Below, piece after piece: positions 12,061 to 24,494 of a DNA stretch of 64,000 bases. Position numbers and translations under genes: made by a program. Under the pieces are notes generated by a model. It saw only the letters and a list, made by a program, of their open reading frames with translations, ran no database searches and was not told where the DNA came from. Source of the DNA: Chiloscyllium plagiosum (Eukaryota); the NCBI RefSeq assembly GCF_004010195.1, contig NC_057718.1:81668028-81732027 (forward strand), in the 5' to 3' direction. Numbering within the stretch: position 1 is the stretch's first letter; every line of letters begins with the position of its first letter.

Positions 12061-12989
12061 TTAACTTTGCAACATTTCCTGGGGCAGATACTAATTAACA
12101 CTGAAGGTGGCTTCAAAAACATTTCTAAATTTATACAATGGTCATACTATGTATATGTTATTGTTGGAAATTATAGTAAATTTATGAAATGATTTTCAGT
12201 ATTGATGCCGGCATAAAATAATGGATAAAGGAGTGCTGTGCAAATGCATTGCATATTCTTCCACTAATATTACCACCACTAATCTCCAGGCTATGATCAT
12301 TAAGACAAAACGGTCCATTATTTGAAACCATTCAGGCATAAGATATAATGGTTAACTAGACTTTGAGAGTTTGCTTTGGTCATTCAGTATGAGGCCATCT
12401 TCCTTCCAGTAGTTGATTGTAATTTCTTAAGTGGCTCTTTTTTGTAGTATCTGTTCTTACTCATTTGTAGTTGCTTTAAAAGCTTTCTGTCTATTTGTTT
12501 CCTTACTGGCTAGAGTCGTGAATTCATAGACCCTGACATTATTTTGAAATCAGCTTACAATCGGGAGACAGGTGTGGGGGTGGGGGGAGTGGAATTGTGT
12601 GAGAGAAACCTAAAATCCAGTAAACAGATCACAATCTTTGATCTTCACTAAACCATACCAATTCACCTTAACTTTCAGATTTTGTAGGTCCAAGCTTTTA
12701 ACCAAGCATAATGCATGCCCACATGATGTAGTATCAGTTGTATGTTAAAGGACGATGCATGAATAGAATCTGAAGTTCAGGAGAAATGATGGTTACATAG
12801 TAAGACTCAGCATCAGTGGGACTTCACTGGGATTACTGCTGGGTACAATCAGCAGCTGGAGGAAGGAAGCTGCAACTCTTCCCAAGAAGGCATGACTAGA
12901 GATTGCTGAGGAGAGCATTCTATACTGTGGTAATTCATGCAAAGTAGGAAGTAATTCTATGGGCTTGTCACATCAGAAAAAGTTAATAT

Positions 12990-13400
12990 GCTGGAGCAAA
13001 TTACTGCAGATACTGGACTCTGTACTGAAAACAAAAATGCTGGAGATCACAGTGGGTCAGGCAGCATCCACGGAGTGAGAGCAAGCTAACATTTTGAATC
13101 TAGATACCTCTTCAACAGAGTGAAATGTGGAGGGGGCAGCATCTATGCAATAGTTGGCCAAGGTGAAAGGGGTGTTTTGGGAGGGGGTGTTCTGGGGGTG
13201 AAAAGGTGCTAATAATGCAGAATAAGTGATCAGAATGTGCGAATGACAGTTCAATGATGTGTCTAACTGTGATACTGGAAAGAACACACAATCCACTGGA
13301 GTGTGGGGTGGGGAGAGAGGACATGGTGACAAGGGAATGCAACAAGTAAAGCTAAAAGAAAGGGAAGAAATGGGAGTGAGTTCACAATCTGAAGGTGTTA
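12990..13400 (-). mobile_element. PLE 3' region fragment (family D-like)
   Basis: Homologous to 49510-49890 and reverse complement of 51400-51785. Confidence 0.7.
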
Positions 13401-13512
13401 CGCTCAATATTAAGTTAATATGTTGGCTAATTTGCCTCCACCTTATGTTTTGAATCTCACCATTCACACTTGCAAATAGAATTGAAGCTTGCCGAAGCTA
13501 CTGTCTCATTAT

Positions 13513-15890
13513 AAAGTAGACAAGCAGGAGGCTAGAAGAACACAGTAAGCCAGGCAGCATCAAGAGATGGAGAAGTCACCATTTTGGATCTAACCCTTCC
13601 TCAAGAATGGAGGTGGGGGTAGGGGAAGCTGCAAATAAAGGGGAGGGTTTTAGGTGGGGAGAGGGGCGGAGTGACGAGTTAGGGGGTATGATCTGGTTGG
13701 CTGATGGGAGAATGAATCCTGTTGGTAGCTGGAAGGAGGGGTTGGTTAGTGGAATGAAAAGGAGGAGGCAGGGCTGGAAAGGGAGGTGGGGCATGGGAAG
13801 GAAGGTTATTTGAAATTGGAGAACTCAATGTTGAGTACTCCGGGCTATAGGCTGCCCAGGTGGACGATAAGGTGTTGTTCCTCCAATTTGTGGTCTGATT
13901 CACTGCGGCAATGTAGGAAACCGAGGTTGGATGTGTCAGAGGGGGAGTGGGAAGGGGAATTGAAATGGGCGTTGGCTGGGATATCAGGCTGGCCCTTACA
14001 GGCCAAGCTGAAACGCTTAGCAAAATGATCCCTTTGAAAGTAAGGACTGCAGATGCTGGTGATCAGAATCAAATAATGTGATCCTGGAAAAGCACAGCAG
14101 GTCAGGCAGCATCTGAGGAACAGGAGAATCAAAGTTTCGGGCATTACCCTTCATCAGGAATAAGGTTTGTGGGTCAGGGCTGCGAGATAAATGGGAGAGG
14201 GGTGGAGCTCAGGGGAAGGTAGGTGGGAATGTGATAGGTAGATGAAGGTGCGGGTGGAAGTGATAGGTGGGGGGGGGGGAGGGTGGAATGGATTGAGGGG
14301 GAGAGAAATGAAGAAACCGGTGAAGTCCACATTGATCCTGTATGGATCCTGCATCCTTGGGATCCTTCAAACTTGGGACACTACTACCACACAGGATCAT
14401 TTCCCCTCCCCCAACCTTATCCTAGTCCCAAGCCTCCAACTTGGCACCGCCCCCTTGATCAGTCCTACCTGTCCATCTTCCTACTTTCCCACCCATCCGC
14501 TCCACCCTCCCCTCCAACCTATCATTCCACCTGCAGCTTCATCTACCGATCACATTCCCATCTACCTTCCCCCCCAGCCCCAACCCCCTCCCATTTATCT
14601 CTCAGCCCTTCCTGGCCTGCAAGCCTCATTCTGATGAAAGGTTCCCTTAGTTTACATTTGATCTCACCTGAAGTAGAGAAGACCACATCGGGAGCACCGG
14701 ATACAGTAAATTAGGTTAGAGGAGAGGCAAGTGAACCTCTGTTTCACCAGGAAGGACTGTTTGGGCCCCTGGATGGAAGTGAGGGGGTTGGTGTGCCAGG
14801 AAGTTTTGTGTCTTTTCTGGTTGCAGGGGAACGTACCGGGGGTTCGGAGGGGTTGGTGGGGAGGGTAGCATGAACCAAGGATTGTCGAAGGGAACGGTTC
14901 TTGCGGAAGACAGAGAGGGGTGGGGAGGGGAAGATGTTCTTGGTGGTGGGATCCAGTTGGAGTTAGCGGAAGTGTTTGAGGGTGATATGTTGAATGCGGA
15001 GACTGGTGGGATGGCAAGTGGGGACAAGAGGGACTCTGTCTTTATTATGTTTGGAGGGTGGGAGTTTTACAGCAGTGGAGCAGGAAATGGAGGAGGTGTG
15101 GTGGAGGCCTGTCTGAATGACAGAGGGGGGAAGCATGTTGCAAAATCTGCCGTCACACTGACCCACCCGCCCCCCCCCCCCCCCCCCCATCTCATCCAGG
15201 GCCCCAAATATTCCTTCCAGGGTGAGACAAAGATTCGCTTGCCTCTCCTCCAACCTAATTTATTGAGTCTGGTGTTCCCGATGTGGTCCTCTCTACATTA
15301 CTGAGACCAACCATAAACTAGGGGCATGGTTTGTTGACTATCTCAGCAGGGCCCATAAATGTCTACCTGACCTCCCAGTCACCGCCCATTTCAATTCCCC
15401 TTCCCACTCCCTCTACGACGTGTCCACCCTTGACGTCCTACATTGTCACAGTGAATCAGACTACAAGTGGGAGGAACAACACCTTATCCTCTGCCTAAGC
15501 AGCCCATATCCCGGAAGACTCAACATTAAGTTCTCCAATTTCAAATAATCTTTCCACCCATCCCCCGATTCCCTCTCCAGCCCTTCTATTCCACTGACTG
15601 ACCTTTCCTTCCAACTACCAATCAGATTCATTCCTCCCATCAGCCAACCAGGTCGTACTCACCACCTATGTTCACCTATCCCTACCTCACCACTCTGCCC
15701 TCTCCCCTCCTAAAACTCTCCCCCACCTCCCCTTTGTTTGCAGCTCCCCCTACCCCCACCTCCATTCCTGAAGAATGGTTATACCTGAAATATTGACCTC
15801 CATCTCCTGATGCTGCCTGGCTTGCCGTGTTCTTCTAGCCTTCTGCTTGTCTACTTGGGATTCCAGCATCTCATACAGCCTCATCTGCAG
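13513..15890. mobile_element. Composite of nested, inverted Neptune-type PLE fragments with GIY-YIG remnants
   Basis: Minus PGTFPCN..FTCLSSNLIYCIRCSRCGLLY (14664-15017); KLEEQHLI.HLGSL; outer arms 13513-14030(-) and 15150-15890(+) are reverse complements; inner family A arms 14035-14640. Confidence 0.85.
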
Positions 15891-16094
15891 GTTTTTTGTC
15901 TCTAACTAATTTAGTCTATTAGAGAGAGCTGACTGGTGATGAATTTAGCCTAAGGATCTCTACACCTCAGGCAAAGACAAGGTTCTCATGGTAACTTCAG
16001 CCAATGCAGGAATTGCATCCTGTTGGCATCATGCTACATTGCAAACCAGCTATCCAGCTATTGGAGCGGAATAACCCTCACTCAGAACATGATC

Positions 16095-17060
16095 AAATCA
16101 TAGAATGGAGACAGCACAGAAAAGGCCATTTAATCCACCATGTCTGTGTTGGTTCCCATCAAGAGCAATTCAGCTAGTTCCATCCCTCACCATTTCTCCA
16201 TTGCTCTTAGAATCTTTTCTCTTCAGGTAATTGTCCAATTCCTTTTGGAAAGCCACAATTGAATCTGCCACCATCATGCTCTCAGACAGTGGATTCCAAA
16301 TCCTGTTGATTCATTGGGGATAGAAATAGCTTTCTGCCTATGTTCTTTGATTCTTTTGCCTTAAACCAGTGTCCTCTGATGTCTGCCAATACAACAGTTT
16401 CCTACTATTTACTCTGTCTAGGCCCCTCGTGACTTTTATGAAATCTCCCCTCAACATTCTCCTTCCAAGAAAGAACAGCCACAGATCCTCCAATCAATCC
16501 ATATAACTGGAACAATTCATGTCAAGTCTGTCTGCATTCTCTTGTCCTACCTAAATTGTGGTGCCCAAAATTTAATACAATTCTCCAACTGAGGCTGAAC
16601 AAGTATTTTATAAAAGTTCACTGTAACTTCCTTGTCTTTGTTTACTCAATCCCCCTATTTATAAAGTCCAAGATTCCATAGACCTTTTAAGTTACTTTCT
16701 CAACCTGCTGTGCCACCTTCAACAATTTGAGCAAATATAACCCTAATCCTTATAACCCTAGACCTTATAACTGCTTATAACACCTTCTTTAAAATTGCGT
16801 CTTTTACTTTATAGGTTTCCTTATTTTTCCCACTAAGATATATCACTTCATACAAATCTATATCTCATTTCATCTACCATGCCCACCCATTCTACATCCT
16901 CTTGCTGTCTATCACTAGCCTCCGCATAGTTTATATTTATTCCAAGATTTGTGTTCACCTGAATGCTTTGAAATTCAGCCCTGCACCCTCAAGTCTTGAG
17001 ACATTAATATCAATCAGGAAAAGCAATGGTCCAAGTACTAAGCCCTGGGGTATTCTACTA
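16095..17060 (-). mobile_element. Old CR1 LINE, RT to 3' end
   Basis: Tail atcatagaat..cagcacagaaaaggccatt; PQG-motif remnant at ~17030-17055. Confidence 0.7.
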
Positions 17061-17756
17061 TGTAATTCATCCTGTCCGAAAAAGCAGCTCCTCCTTACTA
17101 ATGCCAGTAAAAGCCAAGTGTTGTGGATGTTGGAAATCTGAAATAAAGATAAAAATTGCTAAAGTAGGTCTGGCGTTATCTGTGGAGAGTGAAACAGGTT
17201 TAACATTTTGAATCCAATATGATTCTTCTTGACTAAAGGGTGCTGGGAAGTGATAGTTGTTATTGCCGTTGGCAATGCAGGAAAAGAAATAAGTAAAACC
17301 GTTGATGAGAATGCTCAGAGTAAAAGACAAAGTGAATACTAATAATGGTAGTAAAGGAGCAGTATTGATGAAAAATAGATGTTAATGGTAGTGTAAACTG
17401 TAGATGATGTATCAGCATTGCTGACAACAAATCCATGCAAGACACGTGGGGGTGTTGGTAGTGTGAAAGTGCAATAAAAGTGGAAGGACACTGCATATAT
17501 ACAAAGTGGTCACCCAGTCTCTGTTTGTTCTCTCCAGTGTAAAGGAGACCTCATTGTGAGAAGTGAATAAAATAGTATAGATTGAATAAAGTGCAAGTAA
17601 GTCATTGCTTCATACGGAACATATGTTTAAGGCCTTGGACAGTGAAGGGGACGACGTAAATGAGCAAATGTTACACATCTAGAACTGTTTGGAAACAATG
17701 ATAAGATTCCCCTTGTTTTACCCCATCACTCTCTGCATTCAAAGGGTTATTCTGTA

Positions 17757-18645
17757 ATTGGTGGTACAGTGGTCGGTGAAGAAGCTTATCTTCGAGTACA
17801 ACAGGACCTTGAATAAATGGGCCGATTAGCCAAGGAGTGGCTGTGGATTTTAATTTAGAAAGATGTGAGGTGCTACATTTTGGTAAGGCATTTCAGAGGA
17901 GGATTTGTACAGTTAATGACAACATCGTGGGGAGTGTCACCAAACAAAAAGACCTTGGAGTGCAAGTTCATAGTTCCTTGAAAGTGGAGTCTCAGGTAGA
18001 TAGGATAGTGAAAAAGGTTAGTGAAGTATACCTGCCTTTATTGGTCAGTACATTGAGTATAGGAGTTGGGAGGTCATATTACAGCTGCACAGAACATTTG
18101 CTAGGCCACTTTTAGAATTCTGCATTCAGGTTGATCTCCTTCCCATAGGAAGGGTGTTGTGAAACTTGAAAGGGTTCAGAAAGGAATTACAAGGATGTTT
18201 GAGGTATTGGGAGAGGCTGAATAGGCTGTGACTATTTACCCTGGAACATTGGAGGCTGAGGAGTGACATTAAAGAGGTTTATAAAATCATGAGGGGCATC
18301 GATTGGGTGAAAAGCCAAGGTCTTTTTCCCAGAGTAGGGGAGTCCAAAACTAGAGTGAATAGGTTTAAGGTGAAACGGGAAAGATTTAAAAGGGACTTAA
18401 GGCGCAACATTTTCACACAGAGGGTGGTGTGTGTATGAAATGAGCTGCCAGAGGAAGTGGTGGAGGCTGATACAATTACAACATTTAAAAGGCATTTGGA
18501 TGGGTATATGAATAGGAAGGGTCTGGAGGGATATGTGCCAAATGTTGGCAAATGGGACCAGATTCATTCAGAATATCTGGTCAGAATGGATGGATTGGAC
18601 CGAAGGGTCTGTCTCCGTGCTGTACAGCTCTATGGCTCTATGGCT
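17757..18645 (+). mobile_element. CR1 LINE 3' fragment
   Basis: FNLERCEVLHFGK..KDLGVQVHSSLKVESQVD; tail ctctatggctctatgg. Confidence 0.92.
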
Positions 18646-19381
18646 GGTGATTTTAGTCACCACCAGCAGGATGTGAAACCTAAATGCATCTCTTGTCAGC
18701 ATTCTGCAGGGATTGCTCCCTCCATGACACCCTGCTACTCCTCCATCACTCCTAACATTTCCAAATGGCATCTTCCCATGCAGTCACGAAATCTGAAACA
18801 TTTGCTCTTCTACTTCCTCCCTCTTCACTATCCAAGGCCCCAAGCAAACCTTTCAGATGAAGAGGCAATTTAGTTGTACTTCCTGCAATCCAGGGGACAG
18901 CATTCACTGTTCACAATGAAGCTGACTCAAAGTATTGGCCAGACCAAGTACAGATTGGGCAATTGCTTTGTGTAACATGTCCTCTTCATCCATAAGAATA
19001 ACTTCGAATTTCCAGCTGTTTGCCATTTCGTACACACTGTCTTGCGAATATTTCTTGCCAATGAAGGAGCACTTTACAGACTCAACAGTGAGTTCAACAA
19101 TTTCAGTGCATGTGCATTGTCTTCCATTTTGATTACAGTCTCTTCCCCAGCCCCATTACCCAGTGTCCCCCATTACAGTCAACAGAGCTGACCTATTTTC
19201 TGTGATTTACACCATTTATTGCCACCTATTCTTCATCTACATTGTTCCTCTACTTAGCACGCCTTTTGTCTTTTTTTCTGTGGAAATCCTCATCATCTAT
19301 TATACTTGTTCCTCCTCTATCTTCGCCAACAGCATAAAATCCATTATTTTGTAGCCTGCTTCAATTCGAAAAAAGGGTCAT

Positions 19382-19676
19382 TTGATTAGATTAGATTAGA
19401 TTAGATTACAGTGTGGAAACAGGCCCTTCGGCCCAACAAGTCCACACCAACCCGCTGAAGCGCAACCCACCCATACCCCTACAGTTACCCCTTACCTAAC
19501 ACTACGGGCAATTTAGCATGGCCAATTCACCTGACCTGCACATTTTTGGACTGTGGGAGGAAACCGGAGCACCCGGAGGAAACCCACGCAGACACGGGGA
19601 GAACGTGCAAACTCCACACAGTCAGTCGCCTGAGGCAGGAATTGAACCTGGGTCTCAGACGCTGTGAGACCGTGGC
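19382..19676 (-). mobile_element. HE1-type V-SINE, head slightly truncated
   Basis: (attag)n tail, V-domain; flanking gtcat direct repeat 19377-19381/19677-19681. Confidence 0.93.
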
Positions 19677-19799
19677 GTCATATTGGACCTAAAACATTAA
19701 ATCTGTTTCTCGGTCCACAGATGCTGTCCAACCTGTTGAATTTCTCCAACATTTTTTGTGTATTTTTGCTTAACATTATCCCGTATTTCAAGCCATTCA

Positions 19800-21600
19800 A
19801 ACAAGTACATATCTATGTTACTCCTGCTCCTTTTTAAAATTCTTTGTCATCAGTTTTGCTAATAAGACTGTTATGTGGCAATTTATTAAACATCTAATGG
19901 AAGACCATGTTTGCTGAATCAGCCATACTAACCTCTCTACCCTTCTATTTTATTTCACAAATAAGTCAGGCAAATTATTGAGACAAGCTTTCATCTGAAA
20001 TAAATCCATGCTGGCTTACCACAATTATTCAACATTGACCCAAATGACTGTTAATTTTGTCCCAGATTATCAAATCGAAAAAGATTCCCCGCTACTCAGG
20101 TTAAATCAATTGTTCTATAGTTGGGGGGCTTATCCTTGTATCTTTCTTTGAAAAAAAACTGTAACATTTGCAATTTACAAGCCCTTGGTCCCATAACTAA
20201 GGAAGATTGAAAGCTTAAGGCCATTTCCTCCACATATCCCACTCCCCCCCCCCCCCCCCCTCCCCCCCCTTAGCTCCCCTTGGTTCCCTCATGCATCTTA
20301 TTCAATCCTAATGATGTATCAGTTATAAGTAAAGTCAGACTATTTGATATCCCTTTTCACCAATTTTTAACCAATCGAATGTTTCCACAGCTTCTATTTC
20401 CATTATAACTTTGCCAGCACCTTCTTCCTTTGTAAACACAGATGTGAAGTGTTCAAATTGTACCTCAACCACACCCTCTGCCTCCACAAATAAATCCACA
20501 TTTTGGTCCCTAATTGGCTCCATTCCTTCTTTTACCACCATTTTACTATTTGTATGCTTTAGAAGATTTTTGGATTTGTTTTTGTATTCGCTGCTAATTG
20601 TTTTTCCTACTTTCTACTGCTGTAACTATTTACTTGACTTCCTTTCTGAACTTGCCATTATCAGCCTCACCTGTACTGTCTACCTTACATCTGCTCTAAT
20701 CATTCTTTTTCATTTAGTTCCTTTCTTCAACCTGGGAGCTCTAGCTGTGTTTCCCTATATTACCCCCATGTGGGAATGTACCTTGATTGGACCTAAACTA
20801 TCTCCTCTTTAAAGGTAGCCCATTGTAGCATTGTAGTTTCGCTGATCAGTCTTAGCCTCCTCCTTAGCTGGGTCAGATCTATTCCCACAGAATTCCCCCA
20901 ATTTACTTTAATTTTACTCTGGATTTTCACTTGTCTTTCTTTTTGGCCAGTTACAATTTTATGGACATGGTCCCTTTAAATATTTGCCTCCGATACTGAA
21001 TCCACTTGATCCACTTCATTCCCAGAACCAGGCAAAGCCCCTTTCCTGATTGATCTGAAACACTATCCACAAATTCACACATGGCACCAGAGAGCTATTT
21101 TTGGTGTCCTGGTGTTAATTTCCTTCACAGCTCTAAAACCTGCCGGTGGGACCTAGGTAGGCATTTTTCTACCTATGCCATTGTTGTTAATAGGAAGGCT
21201 GCTCACCCTTCTCCCTCAGATGCTCTATAGCCACTTAGTGACTTCCTTCATCCTGGCACTGGTGAGGCCAAACACCATCCTGGATTTATGACTGCTACCA
21301 CAGAAATGCCCACTTACTCCCTTAATAATAATATCTTTGATCACTATTCCTAATCTTCTTCCTGCCTCCCTGTATGGCTGAACCAGGTGCAACCCACAGA
21401 GTGAAGTGACCATCACTCTCACCAGCATTCAGAATTAAATACCAGTTGGACAGTGAGATGAAAGTGATTTCTGTCATGACTTACCTGATCTTTTTTGGTT
21501 GCTTGGCAGTCAACCCACTATCCCCCTGCATTTAAGTTGCAGGGTGAACCTATCTAGAAATGTACCATCCACAAATCCCTCCTTCTCACTCGTGTGGCTT
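19800..21600 (-). mobile_element. Old CR1 LINE with ORF1 esterase and ORF2 remnants
   Basis: IVIKDIIIKGV..FCG..SRMV...ARMKEV (degenerate GDSIVRG motif); HFTSVFTKE. Confidence 0.7.
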
Positions 21601-22829
21601 AGTGATGTAAGCTGTTGCTCAAGGGTAAAATCCCAGCAGCCAACAGTACTTGCTGAAGGTGTGCTTTTCCAGGACAGCTCCTTCACTTCAGTTCCATCAC
21701 CTGATTTCAGTTTTCCCTCCCTTCCTGTCACATGTGTACTTTTAACTTAGAGCTCTCTGATTTAGTATGAATTGTTCAGATGCTAAAAAGGTGCTGAAAA
21801 TCCAAGTCATCCTCGAGATATCAAGCTCAGGTATTTAGCTAAATATAAAACTTTAGGTTTGTAATTTTCCTCCCTTTCCCTGCTGGTTGTGATGTGTAGA
21901 GACACCCCTTGTTTATATCTACTGTGTTCCATCTAATTTTTTTCCTTTAATTCTGCCCTTCTGAACCTCCTGCTGCCTTTTGTATCCCTGTCCTCTCCTG
22001 CTCTTTTATATCTAAGCTCCAATCTCCTGCCACTTTTTCAATTCTGTTCTTGCCTTCTCCTTTTTTCTCAGCCTTCAACCTTCTGGCTTGCTGTTGTAGG
22101 GGAGAGCTCAGTTTAGATCAACTCCCAGCCTTCACATTTTTGCACCCTTCATCATCTCCATATTTAACCCAACTCACCCCAAATCACCCTTAGCAAATGT
22201 GCTACATCCATTAGTGAATATATGACCTTCACTCACTTGGAAGTCTGCTTCCTCATTCTTGTAAAGGAAAACAGCACACAATGTAAAGGGAGCGAGACGG
22301 GACTGGAGCCAGTCCAGCTGCAACAATCCTGGTCACACATGTAGAGGGGAATGCCCTGGAGATCAATACGCACAGCTGCAGTCTTCTCAGTGGGAGATAA
22401 AGAGACAGAGAACTGATGACAGAATTATAAATATCTCTGACACTCAAACACTGACTTTACTTCATCAATCACTGTGAAGAGTATGATGATTATCAAGATT
22501 ATGACTTCGCACCGAAATCATATTGATTTCATCTTCCAGAAACTTCCCTCTGATTCTTTTTGAGGAGGTGGTGGTTGTAGTGATGGGTAAAATTGCCAAC
22601 TGTGGTCATCATTCCTGAAAATAATTCAGAAGCAGTCACAAGGGTTGACAAGTGTCGAACTAGGTTTCAGTGCCCTGACTATTTGACGAAGTAATGAAAT
22701 AGTAAAGGAAACAAACAAAAACGGCTCTTGTTCCTCGCACTTCCTCAACCTCTTAAACACTCCTCATTGTCCTCTGTGCCAACCCATGCCCCTGACCCCC
22801 ATGGCTTTATATATCCCAGAGGCCTGGCT

Positions 22830-23010
22830 CTGGGATAAGGCGGGGGGAGGGGAGATGAGGAAATTGGTGAAATCAACATCAATGCTGCAGCGTCCCAAGG
22901 TAGAAGATGAAGCATTCTTCCTCCAGTTGTTGAGTGACTAGGATTTGGCAGAGGAGGAGGCCCAGGACTTGCATGTTCTTGGCAGATTGGAAGGGGGAGT
23001 TGAAGTGGTA
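22830..23010 (-). mobile_element. Neptune-type PLE fragment (GIY-YIG C-terminus)
   Basis: Minus strand encodes HFNSPF..NMQVLGLL..LEEECFIF.LGTLQ. Confidence 0.65.
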
Positions 23011-24243
23011 TTGAAAAGGCAGTCTTGTGGCACTAGTCCTTTAATGATAACCTTGAGGCTTATGTCAACAAACACAGTGAAACAGTAATCTTATTTTTTT
23101 ACCACTGCATACAGTTTTTCTCAAATATTTAAAGGGCCAGTGATTAAAAAAAACTTCACATCATGAGAGCTCCCTTTGATAACTCTCTTGGCAGCTCCAA
23201 TGAGCCTAGTAGTTCTCCTGAATTTATCTGCTTTTCCCAACATTGGTGATGACATAAAACAATTGCAAAGAGCAATTGCCTTTTCCATATATCCCTTTAC
23301 CTCTCCCAAAGGAACGCAAGAATGTATCCAAAATGCTATTCCACCTTTCCAAAATGGAACACAATCTCTCCAAAGTAAGACTAATGAAAACCAGAGGTAA
23401 CTGAAGGCAGTTGCAGTTTAATGTTTCGTTAAAATGATGGTGACTGGATTTGGAAGCAAGACTTCTGGATTTATCCTTTAGCACCATTTTCACTTAAGTT
23501 GGAAAGATCCTCTTTTAATACAAAAATTCAGATCCATGACTATGTACAAAATCCTATAAGTTCTGAGATTTTTAAAGTGTTACAAATAAATGTACAGCAG
23601 GTTTTGAACGTGTGTCATCTCTGCATTCATCTAAGATAAATCAGAAAGCTCAGATATGCAGTGAACTGGTGAGTACATGACAGAAAACTTTGCAACTTAT
23701 CCTTTCCCTAGTCAATGGGCTCTAAGGGGAATTTCATTAGCCTACCACTACATTAATTAATATCAGATTAGTGGCAAGTTTCGAAAAACAAACTACAATG
23801 CAAAGACTTGCAGCCTGTTCCTAAATTGAAAGAATACCCGGTCAATTGAAACCTGACTGGTCATCTATGAAACAATAAGAACTGAGGAGAAACATATTAA
23901 AATAAATTACATTAATCTACAAGTTAAATTACAAAGTAAAGCAGTGGGGCCAATGGATCAATACTTGTTGTAAACATAGAAGATTACGAGTTGGGACATT
24001 GTGCTGTTGTATCTTTCAGCCAGATGTCCCACCTGCTCCAGAGATGTTTCATAATGTGCCTGAACTAGTTGTTTAAAAATATCTAGAAGATTATGAATGA
24101 TCTGAACTGACACATTTAAAATGATTAATGGATTTCATAAATAGAGAGAAACTTTTTATTTGTTACCCAAAATGCATTCTATTCATAAAATTTGTTAAAA
24201 AATTGCAATACAATCCAAATCGACATTTCAAAACTTTCAGTTA

Positions 24244-24440
24244 CAGGGGGTTCCTGATTTATCAACGTCCTACTTATGAATGCACATATCGGGATGTAAT
24301 TTTAAATATCCGAAATATAAACATTTCCTATACTTACAAACATCTCCTTTATATTGTCCTGCATTGTCGTTGTTTTGCATACAAATCGGCTTGTGAACGG
24401 ACCCAGGAACAGAACCCATTCACTACCCAGGGACTGCCTG
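24244..24440. mobile_element. Tc1/mariner (Tigger/pogo-like) MITE relic
   Basis: TA on both flanks; imperfect TIRs CAGGGGGTTCCTG / CAGGCAGTCCCTG; internal acttatgaa and gcttgtgaac motifs. Confidence 0.55.
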
Positions 24441-24494
24441 TACAGATTAATTCTCTTTCCACACATTGTATGAGGTACACTTACACTGCAGTTT

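Larger units (their letters stand above)
17110..19770. mobile_element. Old Neptune-type PLE with inverted arms (17110-17700 minus; 17700-19770 plus), interrupted by a CR1 and a SINE
   Basis: Terminal motifs at both ends in opposite orientation; GIY-YIG and Cys-linker remnants ~17500-17620 and 18770-18975. Confidence 0.65.
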
